From an uncultured Bacteroidales bacterium (GTDB lineage: Bacteria; Bacteroidota; Bacteroidia; Bacteroidales; UBA932), in contig CASEOO010000030.1 of NCBI GenBank assembly GCA_949289565.1, forward strand, positions 145,813-209,812: a DNA stretch of 64,000 nt, in the 5' to 3' direction. Every line of letters begins with the position of its first letter. Positions within the stretch are counted from its first letter, which is position 1. Below, piece after piece: positions 59,295 to 64,000 of this stretch. The notes below the pieces were generated by a model. It was given only the letters and a program-made list of their open reading frames with translations. It was not told the origin of the DNA and searched no databases. Made by a program: the position numbers and the translations under genes.

Positions 59295-59495
59295 TGTATA
59301 TTATTTTCGTCTCTTTCTTTTGCTTTCAGCAGGATTGCATACGCGAGCACTGTTGATTCCCGTCAGGGAATTGCAGCCTGTGCGAGCGATGCAATCAGTA
59401 GTCCGGAATCTGGCAATTTATATGAAGAAAGAAGACAGTTGTTGTCAAAAGGTCGGATTTTTGCAGATGCTCGCCCTCGCTGGAGGCTTTCCAGC

Positions 59496-60458
59496 ATGAA
59501 AAGAGCGTTGAATATGGAAAAAATTGCAGATACTTTGAGCCTGCCTCAGTTCAGAAGCCTGTTCCCTGTGACATCATGCCTGAGCATGGGCGATGACGCA
59601 TGCCTGATAGCTGTCAGGTATGACGAGACGCTGTCTGTTCTGGCACATCCTTGCAGGTTTGACGGCTTCCTCGCGTTTTATTGCATCTCCGGCCATATAA
59701 AGGTGATGATAAACCTGTCGGAATTCGATGTGGAGGAGAATTCTCTGTTTGTCTATATGCCTGGAAATATCATCTGTGTCACCGATGTGGATAAAAATAC
59801 TGCTGACAGTCTGTCTTTCAGGGTGATAGCCATGACTCGGGAATACATGGAGAGCCTGGATGTGAATATGCCGGGCCTGATGGAAAAGCGCATGATTCTT
59901 CAGCGGAAGCCCTATTTCTTTATACGGGGAGTGGCGCAGTCGATAGCCAGGAGCTATGTCGCGCTGGCAGGCGAGGTCCTGTCTTCCAATCTGTCGTACA
60001 AGAGGCGGAGCGTATCCCTGCTTCTGTCATCTTTCTTTTCCATAGCAGAGGGAATTTTGGAAGACGAGATGTATGCCGGCGGACAATTGCCAGCAGTCCA
60101 GGGCCGTGGCCGCATCGTGGCTGACCGTTTCCTGGATATGCTTGCCGAGTTCCATATGACAGAGAGAAAAGTCTCGTTCTATGCCGGAAAGCTCGGCTTG
60201 ACGCCAAAATATCTTTCCAGCCTTGTCAAGGAAGTCACCGGACGGTCAGCTCCGGAATGGATAGATGATTTCATCATAATGGAGGCGAAAAACATGCTGC
60301 GGTATTCGGACATGCCTATAAAAGAGATTGTCGGCCGTCTGAATTTCGCAGACCAGCCGACATTCCATAAATTTTTCAAATATCATACAGGCATCACTCC
60401 GATGCAGTACCGCAGGGGAGATCCAGAATCATCCTCTGACCTGCGAACAACCTGTTAA
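59496..60458 (+). CDS. AraC-family transcriptional regulator (start 59496 or 59514)
   Basis: RKVSFYAGKLGLTPKYLS..VKEVTG, EAKNMLRYSDM.IKEI, F.KFFK..TGITP.QYR; divergent from the efflux operon. Confidence 0.9.
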   Translation: MKRALNMEKIADTLSLPQFRSLFPVTSCLSMGDDACLIAVRYDETLSVLAHPCRFDGFLAFYCISGHIKVMINLSEFDVEENSLFVYMPGNIICVTDVDKNTADSLSFRVIAMTREYMESLDVNMPGLMEKRMILQRKPYFFIRGVAQSIARSYVALAGEVLSSNLSYKRRSVSLLLSSFFSIAEGILEDEMYAGGQLPAVQGRGRIVADRFLDMLAEFHMTERKVSFYAGKLGLTPKYLSSLVKEVTGRSAPEWIDDFIIMEAKNMLRYSDMPIKEIVGRLNFADQPTFHKFFKYHTGITPMQYRRGDPESSSDLRTTC

Positions 60459-60478
60459 CCGGGACATTGCCCAGGCCG

Positions 60479-62668
60479 TTACCGGATGAAGAGCAGTTCG
60501 CGGTATTTTGGAAGAGTCCACATCTGGTCATCGACGATGAGTTCGAGCTGGTCGATATGCTCCCTGATTTCATCCAGGCACGGGAAGACTGTGTCGTGAT
60601 ATGCGATAGCCTTTTCCCTCTCGTCCTGAATCCTGTTGGCCACTTTCCTGGCTTCCACCATCGCATCCACATGCCCTTTGATGAAAGCCGTGTGCGTCGC
60701 GATAGCCTCGATGAGCTCCATGTTTCTGACAGTCAGAGCATCAGCCTTGTCTGCAGGGAAGATTTCATGCATCTTGTACACATTGTCGATGAGTGTGCTC
60801 TGGTATTTCGTAGCCACAGGGACTATATGGTTCAGGGCCAGGTCCCCGAGCACTCGTGCCTCGATCTGTATCTTCTTCGTGTAAGTCTCCCATTTGACTT
60901 CATTCCTGGCTTCGAGCTCCTTGCGCGTCATCACGCCTGTGCTTTCGAACATGTTTATGCTGTCTTCGGAAAGGTAGCTGTCGTAGATGAGAGGCACGCT
61001 CGTCTCGCAGTCCAGGCCACGGCGCGCTGCCTCAGCCTTCCACTCGTCGCTGTAGCCGTTGCCGTCGAAATGAATCGGTTCGCACATCCGGATATATTCC
61101 TTGATGACGCCCAATATCGCCGAGAATTTGTCTTCGCCTGCGGCAATGCGTTCGTCTACCACAGACTTAAACTCTTTCAGCTGCTCAGCCATGGCCGAGT
61201 TCAGGACAATCATTGCGCTTGCGCAATTGGCTTCCGAGCCTACGGCCCTGAATTCGAACCGGTTTCCGGTAAATGCGAACGGCGAAGTCCTGTTCCTGTC
61301 GGTGTTGTCCACGAGGATTTCCGGTATCTGCGGAATGCCGAGATTCATGCCTTTCTTCCCTCCGAGAGACTGGAGGTTTTCCGGCTCGCTTTCCTCGATG
61401 TGCTTCAGCACGGCAGAGAGCTGCGATCCGAGGAAGCTGGATATGATGGCAGGAGGAGCCTCATTGGCGCCGAGCCTGTGCGCATTGTTCGCACTGGCGA
61501 TGGATGCCTTCAGAAGTCCGTTGTGGCGGTAGACCGCCATCAGGGTGTTGACGACGAAAGTCACAAAACGGAGATTGCTCTTGAAATCCTTTCCCGGGGC
61601 CATCAGGGCGATGCCGGTGTCCGTGCCGAGAGACCAGTTGTTGTGCTTGCCGCTTCCGTTCACCCCCTTGAACGGCTTTTCATGCAGGAGCACGCGGAAG
61701 CCATGGTTGCGCGCCAGCTTGCGCATCAGCGACATGATCAGCATGTTGTGGTCGTTGGCCAGGTTGCACTCCTCGTAGATAGGGGCGAGCTCGAACTGGT
61801 TAGGGGCCACTTCGTTGTGTCTGGTCTTGACAGGAATGCCGAGCTTCAGAGCCTCTATTTCCAGATCTTTCATGAATGCCGCCACCCTGGTCGGAATGGC
61901 TCCGAAATAGTGGTCTTCCAGCTGCTGGTTCTTCGCCGAGTCGTGTCCCATTAGGGTGCGCCCTGTCAGCAGAAGGTCAGGCCGTGCAGCATACAGGCCC
62001 TCGTCCACTAAGAAATACTCCTGTTCCCAGCCCAGATAGGTGATGACTTTCTTTACATCTGAATTGAAATAGTGGCAGACATCTGTGGCTGCCTTGTCCA
62101 CAGCCCTCAGAGCCTTGAGCAACGGTGCCTTGTAGTCTAGGGATTCACCGTTGTACGCTATGAAAATGGTAGGGATGCAGAGGGTGTCATCCACGATGAA
62201 GGCTGGGGAAGAAGGGTCCCAGGCAGAGTATCCGCGGGCCTCGAAAGTGTTCCTGATGCCTCCGTTGGGGAATGAAGACGCATCCGATTCCTGCTGTACG
62301 AGAAGTTTCCCGGAAAATTCTTCGATGACCCCTCCCTTTCCGTCATGCTCTATGAAAGAATCGTGCTTTTCGGCTGTGCCCTCTGTCAGAGGGGCGAACC
62401 AGTGTGTATAGTGGGTCACGCCCATTTCCACTGCCCATTTCTTCATGCCTGCGGCGACCTCGTCAGCTATGCTCCTGTCCAGAGCCGAGCCGGAGTCTAT
62501 CACGTTGATAAGTTTCGCGTAGACATCAGCCGGAAGATATTTGAACATCTTTTCCCGGTTGAAGACATACATGGCATAGTAATCTGACGGACGGCCTTTC
62601 GGCAGCTCCACTTCATACGGCTTCTTCCCGAACGCCGTTTCGACCATTTTGAATCTCAGTGTTGACAT
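60479..62668 (-). CDS. glnA: Glutamine synthetase type III (copy 1)
   Basis: THYTHWF.PLT, DASSFPNGG.R.TFEARGY, GWEQEYF, HNEVAPNQFE, EKPF.GVNGSGKHNNWS, HRLGANEAPP, DRNRTSPFAFTGNRFEFR. Confidence 0.96.
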   Translation of the reverse strand: MSTLRFKMVETAFGKKPYEVELPKGRPSDYYAMYVFNREKMFKYLPADVYAKLINVIDSGSALDRSIADEVAAGMKKWAVEMGVTHYTHWFAPLTEGTAEKHDSFIEHDGKGGVIEEFSGKLLVQQESDASSFPNGGIRNTFEARGYSAWDPSSPAFIVDDTLCIPTIFIAYNGESLDYKAPLLKALRAVDKAATDVCHYFNSDVKKVITYLGWEQEYFLVDEGLYAARPDLLLTGRTLMGHDSAKNQQLEDHYFGAIPTRVAAFMKDLEIEALKLGIPVKTRHNEVAPNQFELAPIYEECNLANDHNMLIMSLMRKLARNHGFRVLLHEKPFKGVNGSGKHNNWSLGTDTGIALMAPGKDFKSNLRFVTFVVNTLMAVYRHNGLLKASIASANNAHRLGANEAPPAIISSFLGSQLSAVLKHIEESEPENLQSLGGKKGMNLGIPQIPEILVDNTDRNRTSPFAFTGNRFEFRAVGSEANCASAMIVLNSAMAEQLKEFKSVVDERIAAGEDKFSAILGVIKEYIRMCEPIHFDGNGYSDEWKAEAARRGLDCETSVPLIYDSYLSEDSINMFESTGVMTRKELEARNEVKWETYTKKIQIEARVLGDLALNHIVPVATKYQSTLIDNVYKMHEIFPADKADALTVRNMELIEAIATHTAFIKGHVDAMVEARKVANRIQDEREKAIAYHDTVFPCLDEIREHIDQLELIVDDQMWTLPKYRELLFIR

Positions 62669-62726
62669 ATTTTGCAGCTTCGTGAGAGACAGGTTGCCGT
62701 CTCTTGTAAATTCTGCTGCAAAAATA

Positions 62727-62767
62727 AGAAACTGTTTTGAAATACACTTGATTTCAAAACAGTTTCT
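62727..62767. repeat. Perfect 17-bp inverted repeat overlapping the GS III copy 1 promoter region
   Basis: AGAAACTGTTTTGAAAT-N7-ATTTCAAAACAGTTTCT next to a minus-strand TATTTTTG at 62719-62726. Confidence 0.8.
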
Positions 62768-62827
62768 GTCTTTGTTGCGGCGGCCGCCGCAACAAACGGC
62801 TTCAAATCTGTGCCGGATGTATGCCAG

Positions 62828-64000
62828 TTACCGGATGAACAGCAGCTCCCTGTATTTCGGGAGAGTCCACATCTGGTCATCGACGATGAGCTCCAGCTTG
62901 TCTATATGATACCTGATCTCGTCCAGGCACGGGAAGACAGTGTCGTGGTATGCAATGGCTTTCTCACGTTCGTCAGTGATCCTGTTGGCCACTTTCCGGG
63001 CTTCCACCATCGCATCCACATGCTCCTTGATGAAAGCTGTATGCGAGGCGATGGCTTCTATCAGCTCCACATTCCTGAGAGTCAGTGCATCAGCCTTTCC
63101 CGCAGGGAAGATTTCATGCATTTTGTATACATTGTCTATGAGCGAACTCTGATACTTCGTTGCCACAGGGACTATATGGTTCAGAGCCAGATCTCCGAGC
63201 ACGCGGGCCTCTATCTGTATCTTTTTCGTGTAAGTCTCCCACTTGACTTCATTCCTGGCTTCGAGCTCCTTGCGCGTCATCACGCCTGCGCTTTCGAACA
63301 TCTTTACGCTCTCGTCGGTGAGATAGTTGTCATAGATGAGAGGCGCGCTAGTCTCGCAGTCCAGCCCTCTGCGCATCGCTTCCGCCTTCCACTCGTCGCT
63401 ATAGCCGTTCCCGTCGAACCGTATCGGCTCGCAGATTTTTATGTATTCCCTGATCACTCCTAAAATCGCGGAGAACTTTTCTTCGCCTGCGGCAATGCGT
63501 TCATCCACCACAGACTTGAACTCTTTCAGCTGCTCGGCCAATGCGGAGTTGAGGACAATCATTGCGCTCGCGCAATTGGCTTCCGAGCCTACGGCCCTGA
63601 ATTCAAACCTGTTTCCGGTAAATGCGAACGGCGAAGTCCTGTTCCTGTCGGTATTGTCCACGAGGATTTCCGGTATCTGCGGGATATCCAGTTTCATCCC
63701 CTTTTTCCCTCCTATGGACTGGAGGTTTTCCGGTTCGCTTTCCCCGATATGCTTCAGCACGGCAGAGAGCTGCGATCCGAGGAAGCTGGATATGATGGCA
63801 GGGGGAGCCTCATTGGCGCCGAGCCTGTGTGCATTGCTGGCGCTTATGATAGATGCTTTCAGCAGGCCGTTGTGCTTGTAGACAGCCATCAGGGTGTTGA
63901 CCACGAATGTGATGAATCTGAGATTGCCGGAAAAATCCTTGCCAGGCGACATCAGGGCAAGCCCTGTGTCCGTGCCGAGAGACCAGTTGTTGTGCTTGCC
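62828..64000 (-). CDS. glnA: Glutamine synthetase type III (copy 2, 5' part outside the window)
   Basis: Frame stays open to the window edge (GKHNNWSLGTDTGLALMSPG...); collinear with and highly similar to the C-terminal half of copy 1. Confidence 0.93.
   Translation of the reverse strand, partial: GKHNNWSLGTDTGLALMSPGKDFSGNLRFITFVVNTLMAVYKHNGLLKASIISASNAHRLGANEAPPAIISSFLGSQLSAVLKHIGESEPENLQSIGGKKGMKLDIPQIPEILVDNTDRNRTSPFAFTGNRFEFRAVGSEANCASAMIVLNSALAEQLKEFKSVVDERIAAGEEKFSAILGVIREYIKICEPIRFDGNGYSDEWKAEAMRRGLDCETSAPLIYDNYLTDESVKMFESAGVMTRKELEARNEVKWETYTKKIQIEARVLGDLALNHIVPVATKYQSSLIDNVYKMHEIFPAGKADALTLRNVELIEAIASHTAFIKEHVDAMVEARKVANRITDEREKAIAYHDTVFPCLDEIRYHIDKLELIVDDQMWTLPKYRELLFIR

Noticed and set aside
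60467..61954. 495-aa plus-strand ORF antisense to GS III (and 62810-63463 opposite copy 2)
   Set aside because: Fully overlaps a well-supported gene, has no recognisable motifs, and is explained by codon bias on the coding strand.

Overview
A 64 kb chromosomal window from a Bacteroidales bacterium, inferred from TAnnTTTG-type promoters, TonB-dependent receptors, BACON/DUF5689-type lipoproteins and GS III. Most of it is housekeeping: hemW, aminopeptidase P, trpB2, an orphan sdhC, pyrH-frr, a pheA-aminotransferase-tyrA-DAHP synthase/chorismate mutase operon, lpxK-dusB-metK, an M3 peptidase, manA, a ROK protein, gpmI, rnr, bcp, a TolC/HlyD/permease exporter with an AraC regulator, and tandem glutamine synthetase III genes. 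Accessory blocks: (i) 15-33 kb, an apparent extracellular nucleic-acid capture and uptake locus (two TonB-dependent receptors, two exported nucleases, OB-fold/DUF5689/BACON lipoproteins, a fimbrillin-like lipoprotein with a small YxxP peptide), split by a ~3 kb island of two ~0.6 kb direct repeats of an Rpn nuclease fragment around an AAA/DUF4143 ATPase; (ii) a 1624-aa exonuclease-like/RecQ/UvrD fusion; (iii) a lipoprotein operon at 50.6-53.9 kb behind a large switch-like structured leader. Regulatory elements missed by the ORF track: a Phe/Tyr-rich leader peptide with attenuator before pheA, and a SAM-II-type riboswitch before metK whose pseudoknot abuts the start codon of a 20-codon uORF that ends inside an intrinsic terminator. 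No rRNA, tRNA, CRISPR array or intact transposase was seen. All calls come from motif recognition by eye; no searches were run.
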